DNA of 64,000 bases, from contig OZ024743.1 of NCBI GenBank assembly GCA_964016885.1, positions 11,222,001-11,286,000 on the forward strand, in the 5' to 3' direction. The notes under the pieces were generated by a model. The model saw only the letters and a list, made by a program, of their open reading frames with translations, ran no database searches and was not told where the DNA came from. The position numbers were made by a program, and so were the translations under genes. Source of the DNA: Eledone cirrhosa (taxonomy: Eukaryota). Position 1 is the first letter of the stretch; each line of letters begins with the position of its first letter. Shown one piece after another: positions 49,977 through 62,945 of this stretch.

Positions 49977-52073
49977 TTACCGTACTTTTGGTAGAGGAGG
50001 GATGGTTTTTACATCCCTTTTCACTTGATCGTCTGGTGAAGGGACCGTTGAATCGTCCCTTCGGCTGGTCGTCGGCTCTTCTAAGAGAATGTCTGAATAT
50101 ACTCTTCGATTGATGGTTCCTTCAAGGTCCCTGAAATCACCAACTGCGTTGGGGAATTTCGTTTTAATGTTTGTGTATTGTTTCTGTGCTATTTTTAGCA
50201 GTCTTATGTTAGTTGGCGTTTTGATTGGTGCTGGTATTATGTAGTCCTGTTGTGAAATGTCTGTGTGTTCAATTATGTAAGTCATTAGTTTCTTGTTGTG
50301 TGTGTTTATTGCCGTGCATTTGTTTTTCTGGGGGTGGGGTGTGGTTCTGCTATTTTCTTGTCGTTGTTGCTGGGTGTGTGTGTTTTGTTGTTGTGTTTGC
50401 GATGTTGGTGCTTGTGGTGGTGGTGTTGAAGGTGTTGTTGGCGGTGGGGTTGTCGCCGGTGGTGATGGTGGTGCTGGTGTGGGTGGTGATGGTGTTGGTG
50501 GTGTTGCTGCTGTGGGTCTCTTTGCAGTAGACTTTACCCTTTTCTCATTTCTTTCCTCCCTTTTCAAAGGCGACGATGCGCTGCTTCTGCGTTTGTGCCT
50601 TCTTGCGACCTTTTGCCATCCCTCTCCCACCTCACACTCCATGTCTGATTCTGTAAGGTCGGGGAGGGGTACCAGCTCCACTCTTTCACTTGTTGTTGTT
50701 GGTGATGTTTGCACTGGAGTCTCTGTTGCAGCTGCATTTGGTATTGCTGTTGTTGTTGTTAATATTTCCACTGCTGCTGCTGTCTTTGATTTCCGTGGAG
50801 TGGGTATGGGTGCCACGGACCTATCGTTCCTGGTTGCCGCTTGTCCTGTTGCTGGTAGCCGTGGAGCCGGATTCGGAAGGAGGGGGGTTTTCTCCTTTCT
50901 CAGGGTCTTCTCGTTGCAGAAGGCCCTGAGGTGAGTCTTCGATCCACAGCGAAAGCATTTCGGGCGTTTGCCCTCAACACTTATGGGCAGTTGAGTGCCG
51001 TTATCGAAGTCTATCACATCCGGGATAGCTTCGATGCACTCCTGGTTGGTTTGGATTAGCATCTCAATGGAGGAGCCGACCCAATCTTCTCTTACTTTTT
51101 TCTGTACTTGCAGTACAGTTGTTTTGTCCTCGATTCCGACGAGGACAGACGCGGCCAGCCAAGAAGGGGTCATTCCGGGGGGGACGTGGGTCAGTTTGAC
51201 CCTCACAATTTTTTGCCCGCAGTAGGAGGGCACCAACACCATTTCCTCGCTCCTTAGGGTCACTACTGATTGGGCCTTTGCCTCCTGGGGTGTGGCAAAA
51301 AGTACGTCTACGGTGGCGTATTTTTTGCCTCGGGTGATGTGCGTTTTCCTCTGCCACACAGACCCCAAGGCTTTTTGTATTTGGGCCTCTGTGGCTCTTT
51401 CCACCCTACGGGATTTTGTACTTACTGTACGGTACGTGACCGTACAGTGCTCTTGGGTTTCGAAAAAATTTTTCGCTGCCTTGCAGATTGCTCGGTGTCC
51501 GTTCTTTGTCACCATCTTCTTCGCTTCCTCTAATTCCTCATTTGTTATGAGGATTGTTTCCAAGTTTTTCGCAATACCTGCAAATGAGATTGGTTTGTCT
51601 CTGCTGTTGTTGTTGTCGTCAGAGCTGCTGGTACTTTTGTTGTTGCTGCAGGTACTACGACTACTGCCTCCGCCGCTGTTGCTGTGGTTGTTGTTGGTGT
51701 TGCTGCTGCTAATGCTGTTGTTGTTTATGCTGCTGGTGATGCTGTTGCGGCTGCTACTGTTGTTTTCATTGTCACTGTTGCTGTTGTTATTACGGCTGCT
51801 ACTGCTATTATTCCTGACGTCAGACGAATGAACTGGGTTTTCGTATTTCCCGCACACCTGTTTCGTCGCTGTCGTCGTCGTCGTGGAAAAACTTTGCACG
51901 CTTTGCACGAGACTTTTCTTTTCTTTCGTCACTTGCGAAAGAGAAGGGAGGGAGAGAGACACATTTAAAGAAGGGAGGGAGAGAGACAATCTTCTCTCTG
52001 CTGTAGTGATGATTGAGGAAGAAGAAGACGGAATGAGTGGGAGTGACGTATGAAATTTCTTTTTCGTAGCCAT
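49977..52073 (-). CDS. ORF1 gag-like protein, 698 aa, intact
   Basis: CFRCGSKTHLRAFC knuckle, Ser/Asn-rich N-terminus, Pro/Thr-rich region, and a C-terminal INTHNKKLM block shared with copies 1 and 2. Confidence 0.88.
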   Translation of the reverse strand: MATKKKFHTSLPLIPSSSSSIITTAERRLSLSLPSLNVSLSLPSLSQVTKEKKSLVQSVQSFSTTTTTATKQVCGKYENPVHSSDVRNNSSSSRNNNSNSDNENNSSSRNSITSSINNNSISSSNTNNNHSNSGGGSSRSTCSNNKSTSSSDDNNNSRDKPISFAGIAKNLETILITNEELEEAKKMVTKNGHRAICKAAKNFFETQEHCTVTYRTVSTKSRRVERATEAQIQKALGSVWQRKTHITRGKKYATVDVLFATPQEAKAQSVVTLRSEEMVLVPSYCGQKIVRVKLTHVPPGMTPSWLAASVLVGIEDKTTVLQVQKKVREDWVGSSIEMLIQTNQECIEAIPDVIDFDNGTQLPISVEGKRPKCFRCGSKTHLRAFCNEKTLRKEKTPLLPNPAPRLPATGQAATRNDRSVAPIPTPRKSKTAAAVEILTTTTAIPNAAATETPVQTSPTTTSERVELVPLPDLTESDMECEVGEGWQKVARRHKRRSSASSPLKREERNEKRVKSTAKRPTAATPPTPSPPTPAPPSPPATTPPPTTPSTPPPQAPTSQTQQQNTHTQQQRQENSRTTPHPQKNKCTAINTHNKKLMTYIIEHTDISQQDYIIPAPIKTPTNIRLLKIAQKQYTNIKTKFPNAVGDFRDLEGTINRRVYSDILLEEPTTSRRDDSTVPSPDDQVKRDVKTIPPLPKVR

Positions 52074-52305
52074 GTTGTTTTTTGTTTAAAATGAATATTG
52101 GGTTCAAAACCCCAATAACTGGTTATTTAGCCCCGAAGGGCCAAATAACGGACAGAAGGACCCCTCTCACGAGGAGGAGGGTGTCTTTATCAACAATTTG
52201 GTTCAAGTTTTAAACAATTTACAATTGTTTTAACGGTTAAAAATTACTATACCTTACAGAGCCGAGCCTCCGTCAACCATGGCATTCAATAATAATAATA
52301 ATAAT

Positions 52306-53307
52306 GATTTCATTTATTAGCCACAAGGGCCGACATGTAGGGGACAATACAAAGACAGGGACAGTGGGGGTTTACAATAAGGTCGAGTAAACGTGCACAA
52401 TGGCAAGACTAATTTAACAATGAAAATATAAAATATAAAATAAACTATGCAAAATATAACAAAATAAATTCCCCGATAGGGGGTGGACGACCCTGGGGTG
52501 ATTCGGGTACCCCACCAATCCTGAACCACCCTGCGCTTCTAGGGCACCCAGGAGAGCACCCCTCTCCTCAAGTTAGCTAGCCTATAGGCGCATGGTCAGA
52601 GTAGGCCCATTCACACGAGCCATTCTCGCCACATTCACCCACCTTTTAGCAAATGTACTGGGGGGCAGCACTTCTCTCTCCACCCTCACCCTCCTTTCCA
52701 GGTGAAACTTGAAGAAGTTGATGAGGGATTGGCCGAAGAGAAAAGTGTCTGTCTTTAGTCCTTTCAACCTGGTCCACCATATAATCTCTTTCGCAACTGC
52801 CACCATACAGAGGAAAAAGTCCTGCTCTTCCTGACCTAAGGAAGGCGGTGGATCGATCTTCACTATGGACTCGGCCGATAACTGGATTCGTTCCACACGC
52901 GACAGTAGCTGTTCGACATAACTCCACAAGTCAGTAATGCACGGACATTGGACAAGTGCGTGCAGAACGGTTTCGCCGTTCTGTGCGCATCTTGGGCAGG
53001 TCCGTCTGACAGCACTTCCGTGCCTGTAGAGTTTATCCCGAACCGGCAGTGCCCCCCGGTAGCACTGCCAAGCGAGGGATTTCTGGAAATTGTCCATTGT
53101 CCCCGGCTCAAACGTCCTCCGGTACAGACTGGTCAGTTCGACTTCGTCGAGACCCAAAGCTTCTCCGAGTGCGTCATCGCACTTGCCCACCACTAATCCT
53201 CTATAGAACTCGAGAGTGGAAGTTCCACTGATCGCATTGCCCGCTTGGTAGAGGGCAGTGAGTGCCTGGCAACATTCCAGGTGCCAGTCACCCAGTCTCG
53301 GTCTCTT
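52306..53307 (-). mobile_element. 5'-truncated Tx1-like element, copy 6 (same subfamily as copy 3)
   Basis: ORF 52582-53193 is the ORF2 C-terminus. The 3' UTR closely matches 27769-28048. Homology ends abruptly near 53307. Confidence 0.9.
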
Positions 53308-53895
53308 TAATATTCACTCACGAATACATGTTTTTTTTTTTAGTTTTATAGTATTTCGTTGTTCATCCAAAACCTGTTGTGCCTCACCACCACACACCTG
53401 AAATCTCCCAATCAGTTATTTATTTCATTGATTCCCCTGCTTTAAAATCAATATTTAAACGTCTACCATTCATTGTGATTTTAAGATCCACATAATTTAC
53501 TGGATCTCTCATTTTATTCATATAAACCCAACTGCAAAGCCAAAGATTCTGTCCATCTTAAATAATTGTTGGCATTAATATAATTATTAAATAACTGCCT
53601 AATATTAGGGGTGTTGATATTAATGTGACATGACAACAGTATGATATTTGTGGTAATATCAATAAAGTGATATAATGAGACTTTAATGTTAGAGGCGACG
53701 CATCATTCCTGATATAACAGCCATTGTGACGTTAAACTTGACAAAAGCATACAACGAAACCTATTATATTTTGATTATAAAAGGCGTTAACTGTGTCCAC
53801 ACCAATTATATCATCTTCAATAATCTCAGATAAGTTGCTGTTTGTATGAAGAGAATGTTCGAGTTATATACATATATATATATATATATACATGT

Positions 53896-53962
<67 letters not shown>

Positions 53963-54039
53963 ATATTTCTCTCTCTCTCATATATATATATAAAGGATCG
54001 ATCGACTTTCGTCAAATCGGACCGAGGAAACAATGTTTC

Positions 54040-54215
54040 CGTCGGTCTTTCCAATTGCTAATACTATCTATCGGTCGCAACTCCAGGTAGAATGAGCAAC
54101 GTGAAATAAAGTGTCTTGCTCAAGGACATAACGCATCACGGTCGGTCCAGGAATCGAACTCACAACCTCACGATTGCGTATCCAATTCTCTAACCACTCA
54201 GCCACACGCCTTCAC
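54040..54215 (-). mobile_element. tRNA-derived SINE, family B (CORE-like tgtccttgagcaagacactt). Related pieces near 23420, 54750, 59190 and 61100.
   Basis: Minus strand gtggctgagtggttag (A box) ... gagttcgattcc (B box), followed by a CORE-like segment. Confidence 0.7.
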
Positions 54216-55288
54216 TGATATATATGTGTGTGTATGTGTGTATGCCTGTATGAAGGGTTGGAGCGAGTAACAAATCTTATATAGGCTCATTGCCATGCCA
54301 CTGACGTACGTTCGATGCTGTTGAGTAGAAGCCAGTGAATATCTCTGGCTGCCATTTGGAACCTCACCCTTCACTGCTCAATCTCACTCTCTTGGCGGCT
54401 TCTTCATATAGTAAAATGGAGCGCCAGTCTGTCTCAGCCTTTCTACCACACCCGATTATGCTTACCTTTCAACCATCTAGCTTCCTTATACCCGACCTAA
54501 TGGCGACAAGACCTCCGCCTTTATCCATGATGTTAATCTTTTCACTTTTATGGTTGTGTTTGTTTTGTTTTGTTTTTTAGTTGATTGTCTACGTATTCTT
54601 TTTATACTTTTAATTCCCCGATTCTCTTTCTCATCAACCACGTGTCAGCCTCACTAACAGAAAATAATTTTCAAAAAGGAAAACCAAAAGAAACAGTAAG
54701 TTTTCTTATGAATCTCTAAGTAGAACGTTTGTAATTTTAAACTGTTTATAGCCGGGTAGGTGCAGCATTATTAATCTATGGATTCATGAGTTGTAAGCTC
54801 AAATCTAATGCAAGCATTACATTGTTTTTCCAGATAAGCCACTTAATTCTGCACTGCCATAATTTAACTACATTTTAGAAATAGGAATCTGCATCGTTTC
54901 CAGAAACACCGTCTCCTGATCTCTTAATACTAAAGAAACGGTAACTCTGCATCTCCCATTGATGCGTAATTATTAGAATTAGAAAGAATTAGAATTTCAA
55001 CATATATTATGGATATGGTTGATATTTTCTGGCAAGTGAGATACGTCCTTGGGACAGGCTGGGATATATAACAAATGAACATTTACTATAATGAACTAAA
55101 TGAAGAAATTGGGAAAGACAGCTTTCTCGATAGAAAAAGGGAAATCGTTATTTATTCTCAAAAACTATGATAGTCTTTTCCAAATAAACGTTGTAATCAA
55201 TGTGAATTGTATGTTTGTAACTCAAGTCTCGGGGAACCTACAGATACTTCGATTGCACCTCTTCCTAGCGACTAAACCAATACAACAA

Positions 55289-55812
55289 ACAAATATATAG
55301 ATAATTGTTTCTACTTTTGGCACAAGGTCAGCAATTACTCAGTGCATTACTGGTACTTTGTTTTATCGACCCCGTAAGGATGAAAGGCAAAGTTGACCTC
55401 GGCAGGAATTGAAATCAGACTGTAAAGGGCCGTAACTCTATGCTGCAAAGCATGGCGTCCGACCTTCTACCGATACTGCCAATCCACAACAAATATATAG
55501 ATAATTGTTTCTACTTTTGGCATAAGGCCAGCAATTACCCAGTGTATTACTGGTACTTTATTTTATCGACCCCGTAAGGATGAAAGGCAAAGTTAACCTC
55601 GGCGGGATTTGAACAAATATATAGATAATTGTTTCTACTTTAGGCACAAGGCCAGTAATTACCCAGTGCATTACTGGTACTTTATTTTATCGACCCCGTA
55701 AGGATGAAAGGCAAAGTCAACCTCGGCGGGATTTGAACTCAGATCGTAAAGGGACGTAACTATGCTGGAAAGCATGGCGTCCGATCCTCTACCGATACTG
55801 CCAATCCACTAG
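55289..55812 (-). mobile_element. Three tandem SINE family A units
   Basis: Each unit begins acaaatatatagataattgtttctacttt (about 55289, 55488, 55613). Confidence 0.85.
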
Positions 55813-57399
55813 ATAATGTAAATAAATCAGAGGAGATTGGTTAACAATTATATTTCGTTAGATAGTCTAAAGATGACAAATAGGACACAGTCACCCAGCC
55901 TGTTACTGGGTGGTAGACTTTAGCTGTCACCTGAGTTAATACCGCCAGTTTGAGAATGGGTCCCTCTAACGGAGTCTTTGCTTTTGTAAGCATTCGAGCA
56001 AGATCTCGTACGTGAGGATAATTTTCTTCACTACTCTCGGAGACCCTATAAAGAGCTGTAGGTGCCATCAATACTCATGTGATTTAACTATTAGAAATAT
56101 TGTAGTAACACTGTTTATGAAGCATCTACAATAATACACTGGAGCCTTTTTTTTTTTTTAAACTTTAAAGACACAGGTGATCACAGCAATTCAAGCTAAT
56201 GAAACACTAATTAATTATACTCGTCATACACACTTTACAGTAGTTGGATATGCTTAGACCATAAGGTATTTCATGTCAGCTGACTGATCGGAACCTCGGC
56301 ATTTCTATGTTGTAAACAGTTGAAACAAGTCCCCGAGTTCGAGAATCAGTGATGGACTTTGCTAAAGGCACTCAAAGTCTAAGTGGTGGTGTTACACCAG
56401 GCTACGGTTTATGTTTACCACCCAAAGATAGCCGTCAAACAGAAGTTAACATAACATACAAAATAAATATAAAGGATAATGATGATGGATATATCGCATA
56501 GGAACTTATGTAATTTACATCCAGTCTTGGAAGCCCTGACAAGAGATTTAAACCCCATCTTGTCCGCATTTACTAAAAAATGAAAATAGCTCTCTTATTG
56601 AACTTTAGATAAATAATTATTATTTTATCTTTTCACTGGGTTCACTCTTTACGCTGCTACTATTTTGAAGACCATTTTCAAAATTAAGGTTTTAGGTGAT
56701 TCTATCGACCTTAGTATTTTTTCTGTGACGTACTTTAACGATGTTGTAAGACACGAAATGTAAGCCATCCTTGTTTTTTTTTGTATATTTTTTCTTCTTT
56801 TTTGTTGCATTAATGAAGCAAGTATAGTTGTGAATATTTGTATAACAATCAGGTTGTCTATTACGTATAGCAATGAAAACAGCCTTCCGCATTCAGTGCA
56901 TTTCGCGATACTTGTTGATACTGAAATATTTTTTAAGTATACTACCCGGGGGTCCGACTTGGTTATCCACACGAGTGTATGCGCGGGAGAGATGATGTAG
57001 TTAAAGTACAAACAGTATCTGTAGTTTTCGTAACAATTGGCCACATATGTAGGTAATTTATGATGTGTGCTTGTGCAATTTTTTTCTGTGTTTGCATGAA
57101 AGTGCCTCGTAATAAATGTACGTAAGTATGTAGCAATAGCAATAAAGATCATAGTAGAGACAGTCAGAATAAATAAACTCAGCTGATGACGAGGTGTTGC
57201 CTGTGCTGCTGCTGATGGTGCTGATGGCAACGACGACTGATGACGGCAAACAATTGGGAGTAGAGTTTGAATATAAAGCAAGCCGGCGTGACAGTATAAG
57301 TGAGCTAATGAAAAGCTAATTCGCATTTGTTATACTAACATGTGTACAGACATATCGGCAGACGGTCTATTAGCATTTTCACTTTGTCTGCTGCTCCAT

Positions 57400-57474
<75 letters not shown>

Positions 57475-57777
57475 GTTACTATTATCGCTATATGTTTAGG
57501 TATAAAAAATAACGTTATAAGTTAAAGCATCCATTCAAAATACTTCAGATAACTAGTGTTTCCCGTGCTTCTCCTTCAGACTACATTTTTAATACCAAAG
57601 AATCTTAACTGCAATCAAATTAATAACTATGTTCCGCCAAAAGAAAACGTATTATAATCGCTGTCCCGTCCAATGACACTCAGGTAAACAGAAATTTACT
57701 AGAGCTGGTGTTTCATAAAAGACCGATAAAATTATTTAATAGACATAAACAACGCAACACAGACTTAAAAAAGAAGA

Positions 57778-58203
57778 CTTTCACTATAATGGTTTCTAAT
57801 TTAGGCACAGGGCCAGCTTATTTGGGGGTCAAGGAGAAAGTCGATTAAATCGACCCCAGTGCGTTACTGGCACTTTATTTTATCGACCCCCTAAGGATGA
57901 AAGGCAAAGCTAACCTCAGCAGGTAAAGGAAAATAACTTTATGCCGAAAAGCATATTATTCGACCGATAGTGCCAATCCACCGCCTAAAGGCTTTCACTA
58001 TAATTGTTTCTACTTTTGGCACAAGGCCAGCAAATTACCCCAGTACATTACTGGTGCTTTATTTTATCGACTCCGTAAGGATAAAGGCAAAGTTAACCTC
58101 GATGGGATTTTAACTCAGACTATAAAGGGGCGTAACTCTATGCTGCAAAGCATGGTGTTAGATTCTCTACTGATACTGCCAATCTGCCACCTTTCACTAT
58201 AAT
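57778..58203 (-). mobile_element. Two tandem SINE family A units separated and flanked by a 13-bp direct repeat
   Basis: ctttcactataat at 57778, 57992 and 58191. Confidence 0.8.
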
Positions 58204-58929
58204 GATTGTTGTTGTTGTTGTTATGCTCACTCGCCAACGACTCCTTTTTCTACAAACGGTGGTGGGGGTCCCTTGGAGTTACAGATAAAGTGGGACTGGG
58301 TTGTGGGTGTATTCACTAATTGTTAAGATACTTATTATGTTTTTGTGTTGGAGAAGCGGGTGGCATTCTAGCCTCATTTCGCCCGGCCTTCACAGATATA
58401 CAGTCAAGACCCGTGTCTCGCTGCCATGTGCACAGCTCTTGGGATCCCCACAAGAGGTAAAGGGTTTCACGTACCCACTTAGTGATTATTTCTACTATGA
58501 ATCTGTAATTTACCTATAATCCCACTATATCTGTCCATTGATTCCATTGTGTATAACCTGTGGAGCTTCTGGCCACTACATTTCAACATAACAAGCATCA
58601 TCATTTCCTAGATGGCATCAGGGTGATGTCTTCTTTTGTATTTAATAACACGTTTGGATTTGCAAATATAATTTTAAGCTTTTCGGTTCTAGATTACTCT
58701 TTCAAGTCAGAAATTTTGCGACTAATTTCTCCACTGATTCAGCTGTAAGGAGTAGATCAACAACATACAGGAGCTCTTCTATTATGGACAAAAGGACATT
58801 ATGAACAGAAGTGAACTCAAAATCGATCCTAGGTCACCACCACCTGCACTTCAAATTCGTTATTGTACTTATTGTCAAATTAGACCTTGTTTTTGGCACC
58901 TCTATACATAACTTGTAAAGGTCTCACAA

Positions 58930-59132
58930 GTATTTCACCTACACTTAGAAACCTAAGCGCCTATCAGATTACAGAGCGGGGTACCCTATCAAAAGCCTTC
59001 TCAAGGTCAACAAATGCTTCCTTAGACTTAATCATAACTAAGTACTTCTTCTGCGGTTGTCCTACAAGGTACCATCGTGAGTACCTGACATAAAGCCGAA
59101 CTGCATCTCATTTAGTCTGATTCTCTCTCTAA
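58930..59132 (-). mobile_element. RTE-type RT fragment related to 7070-7280
   Basis: Minus strand AFVDLEKAFDRVPRSVI, similar at the nucleotide level to 7100-7270. Confidence 0.7.
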
Positions 59133-59133
59133 T

Positions 59134-59178
<45 letters not shown>

Positions 59179-61271
59179 AGTAAAAGACATTGGCTCATGC
59201 CCTGTTGTGAGATTGAACACGGAACCCTACAGTTTCGGGACGATTTTTATAACCACGCAGCTATGCCTGTGCCCGTCAGACAACTAATGGTTTATTTACC
59301 TACGAATACTAATCAATTTCTTCTACATTATTATGACAGTATTATACATCGTACATCCGTTGAAAACCACCAAGCACATTTCGTCCGAAATTATTTACTA
59401 AAGCAACACGGTAACACATAGCTAAGATTACAACACCAGGAAAACCTTTCTCATCTATTACAGCCGACAGACTTATCGCCAGCCGAAATAATTGCGAAGA
59501 GATCACTAAGAAAGCAGAATATGTAATTTATAATTCAATGTACGTCTAACAAGTGCCCCGCCTCCAAGCACCTTGCTGAACCAATTTCCACAAACTTTGC
59601 TATATCGTCTTTCATCTACTACTCAATTCATATGATACTGTCACAGCACCACCCAGAATGTATCAATATCCATCCTTCACTTTCTACATTTAACGTTCTG
59701 CTCTATTAGCTTTAAAAAATATTCTCATTTTGATAGTTCTGAAATTTTAGTCTCAATTATTGTGGCTTATTCTCATTCCTAATAAACGTTTCTATTCATA
59801 CTATCACTAACATCTTGAAGTATAAATTAAATCTAGTTGATCCTACTATACGTCATATAGCAACTATAGAATCTAATATTATCCGTGCAGATGGAAACAG
59901 TTATCGATAAACACATTTTCAAATTTCCTTTTGCTTCCCACGTTGTCTATGAAGATGGATTCGGAAAATCGAAATCTACTAACTTGCAATAATGATTTCT
60001 GATATGTTTTGATTAGATATAAGGTCAATTATTATAAAGAAAACATACAGTCGATTCACGCGATCCCAATGCATCATTTTATTACGCCAGATTAAATTTG
60101 GTCTCCAAAGCGTGAAAGACTTAATGCTTTACTTTCTTTGTCATACTTCAATATTGGGGTAGACTCTAACACACAGTATCACTAGAGCGCCGTCGATGTA
60201 AACTACTTATTAACTATCTTCTATCTTAATGGTTTAGAAAGTAAATTGTAAAACTTGAAAGAAAGTTAACATCAAATCAAGCGAATTTCATATCATATCA
60301 AAACACTCTCTTCTTGTGAAAAGTTCGTTATTTCCAGAATTTCACGTTTGCATATCACGACTTCCCTCATTGGTGTATCACAACTTCAATATTTCCGTAA
60401 TATTGTTAACCGGATTGAGAAAATTGCGTTTCTAGTCCATTCAAAAAGATATTTTAATCAAAAATAGTTTTTGATCATTATACATTATCTATTATGTATC
60501 TCACAGTCACATAGAATGATGAGCGATACGTGAGTACTATGATAAATTCGTGGTTACCTTCAATAAAGTGGAATAAAGTAGCTTGAACAAATTTGCTGCA
60601 ATTATTTATAAAGTATACAGTAATTAACACTTAACAAAAATTATTAGTTAGGCAGCAAGGAAGAGACTCTTGCTATAAACAGAATAAGAAAAATAAAATA
60701 GCTAGGGACTTTTCCCGAAAAACAACAATAAGTGAAATTTATGACATTTTATATTTGTATCTAAAAATCAGTATCATTTTAAACTGAGACAAAATGTAAT
60801 CCAATATCAATGATCATATAACTATAAGAAGACCTGTCAACTCTCCCCGTCCGACGGGGAGAACTCCCACCCACTTTGGGGAGGGTGAGAGATGTCTTCT
60901 CTTATGAAAATGGGTATAGCTTTCATTATGTAAAATCTTTCCATTTTGCCTCAAAGTGCGGTGCTGCAAAACTGAACACAGAATCAGTTGGTTTCGAAGT
61001 GAATTTCTCAGCTGCACTGCTATGTGAACCTAAAAACAAAAATAGCTTGTCTTATTAGACCAAAGAAATAATGTTGCCATTGGTCATACCATCGCTGAGA
61101 CTATCTGTCTCGGCAGAAGCAGAACACAACGCACCCGGTGGTCCAGGTATCGCACTTAGAAATCTTTGATCGTAAATCCAACCACATTACCCACTGGGCC
61201 ACATGCTCTCTCTCTATCTCTCTCTCTCTACATATATATATATATATATATACATACACACATACATACAC

Positions 61272-61432
<161 letters not shown>

Positions 61433-62148
61433 CGTATGTGTTTATGGGTATTTGCTAGTGTGACATAGTTACTAAATTGCTATGTGTGAGGAGTGTACGA
61501 GCAGACTAAGTGTGTTTTCTTTGTATATTTTATTGAAAGTTTTATCTTCTTTGTCTGAAGACGGATTTATTTATGCGAACCCAGACACTGTTATTGGATG
61601 TTTTGTGATTTGAACTTACATAGATCTTCCCTAAACGCCTTTCAGTTGTAAATATGCACCACCAGAAGAGCAGTACGTCAGATAAGCACTCTATTTATCA
61701 CTAGTTATAGCAGCTCGTTTCCAACATTAACACGCAGTATGTTTACAATTATTAATACATCAGATTGTTATTATTAGCTTTGTGTGCTATCAGGTGCTCA
61801 AACTGGCGACCAGCTGACGCCAAAATGCTGATCTCCACACTTCCCCTATTCTTCAACTTATTCCGGCTTCAGCAGTCTTACTTCGCTTGCAGATCAAATG
61901 AATTTTCTAAAAGCACTTTCGGATTTTTACTTTTGGCAACCTTTCACGGGACAATGTTTTCATCTCTCACCAAACCATAGACAAACCGTCATCAGTTTGG
62001 ACAGGTTAAATCGTCAGAAATGGACACTTGAGGATTACAAATATATATAAAATTAATGAAAACCACAAACACACATATATATATAACATACCTAACACGT
62101 ACACATAAATATTTATTTAAATACTCATGTGTGTGTGTGTATGTATGC

Positions 62149-62222
<74 letters not shown>

Positions 62223-62609
62223 TATATATATAATTTTATAATATAATATATTCAATATATCATGTATATTATGTTGTATTATATTATAGTATATTATATT
62301 TAAGACATTTTTCTTTCATTGTACCTATTTCTGTTTTCACTACTTTAGCAATAATTAATAATTATGGCAATAAAAATACTATAGGTTCGTTTATTTCAGC
62401 TAAAGCGACAGGTGTTGAGACATCGCATGCACAATTGAAAATTAACACCCATGTAGCATACGTGAATCGAAAGTTGGGAAAATTTAATTGAATCGTCCAT
62501 GGTTTCCTACCATTCCATGATACTTTACAATATATTCAACATTCTGATTCTGAAGATGAAACTGCGAATGACACACATAGATTTAGGATACGCTTGTTTC
62601 AAACTAGGT

Positions 62610-62725
62610 ATAAAGAATTAATAAGTAAATATGAAAAATCATTAATATATATGATCAAACTAGAGCACAGTCCTGTTCTCAATACATGTTTGAAGGAAAA
62701 GCTGTTCCCTATTTATGCACACATT
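62610..62725 (+). pseudogene. Possible N-terminal fragment of a Penelope-like ORF
   Basis: KELISKYEKSLIYMIKLEHSPVLNTCLKEKLFPIYAHI resembles, from memory, the N.TCL.E.LLP.YT motif of PLE ORFs. It is flanked by microsatellites and a TA-centred palindrome (62837-62959). Confidence 0.35.
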
Positions 62726-62853
62726 GTGTGTGTGTGCGCGCGCAGGTTCGATCTATAATAGGTATTGCCTCGAGCTGATCGATAGTGAAACATATGTAAT
62801 ATTTTATTAAATATGTTATGATGCAACACTGAATGCTTGTTCCGTATCCTTAT

Positions 62854-62945
<92 letters not shown>

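Larger units (their letters stand above)
46261..52287 (-). mobile_element. Full-length Tx1-like element, copy 5, both ORFs intact, inserted in (AAT)n
   Basis: (AAT)n at 46221-46260 and 52288-52305. 5' UTR about 210 nt, 35-nt inter-ORF spacer, and a 3' end AATAAAGAAATC. Confidence 0.95.

Noticed and set aside
54140-54215. tRNA gene
   Set aside because: A and B boxes are present, but there is no complete cloverleaf and it continues into a SINE body.
56649-57326. 225-aa minus-strand ORF
   Set aside because: No recognisable domain and low-complexity composition. It cannot be supported without expression or homology data.
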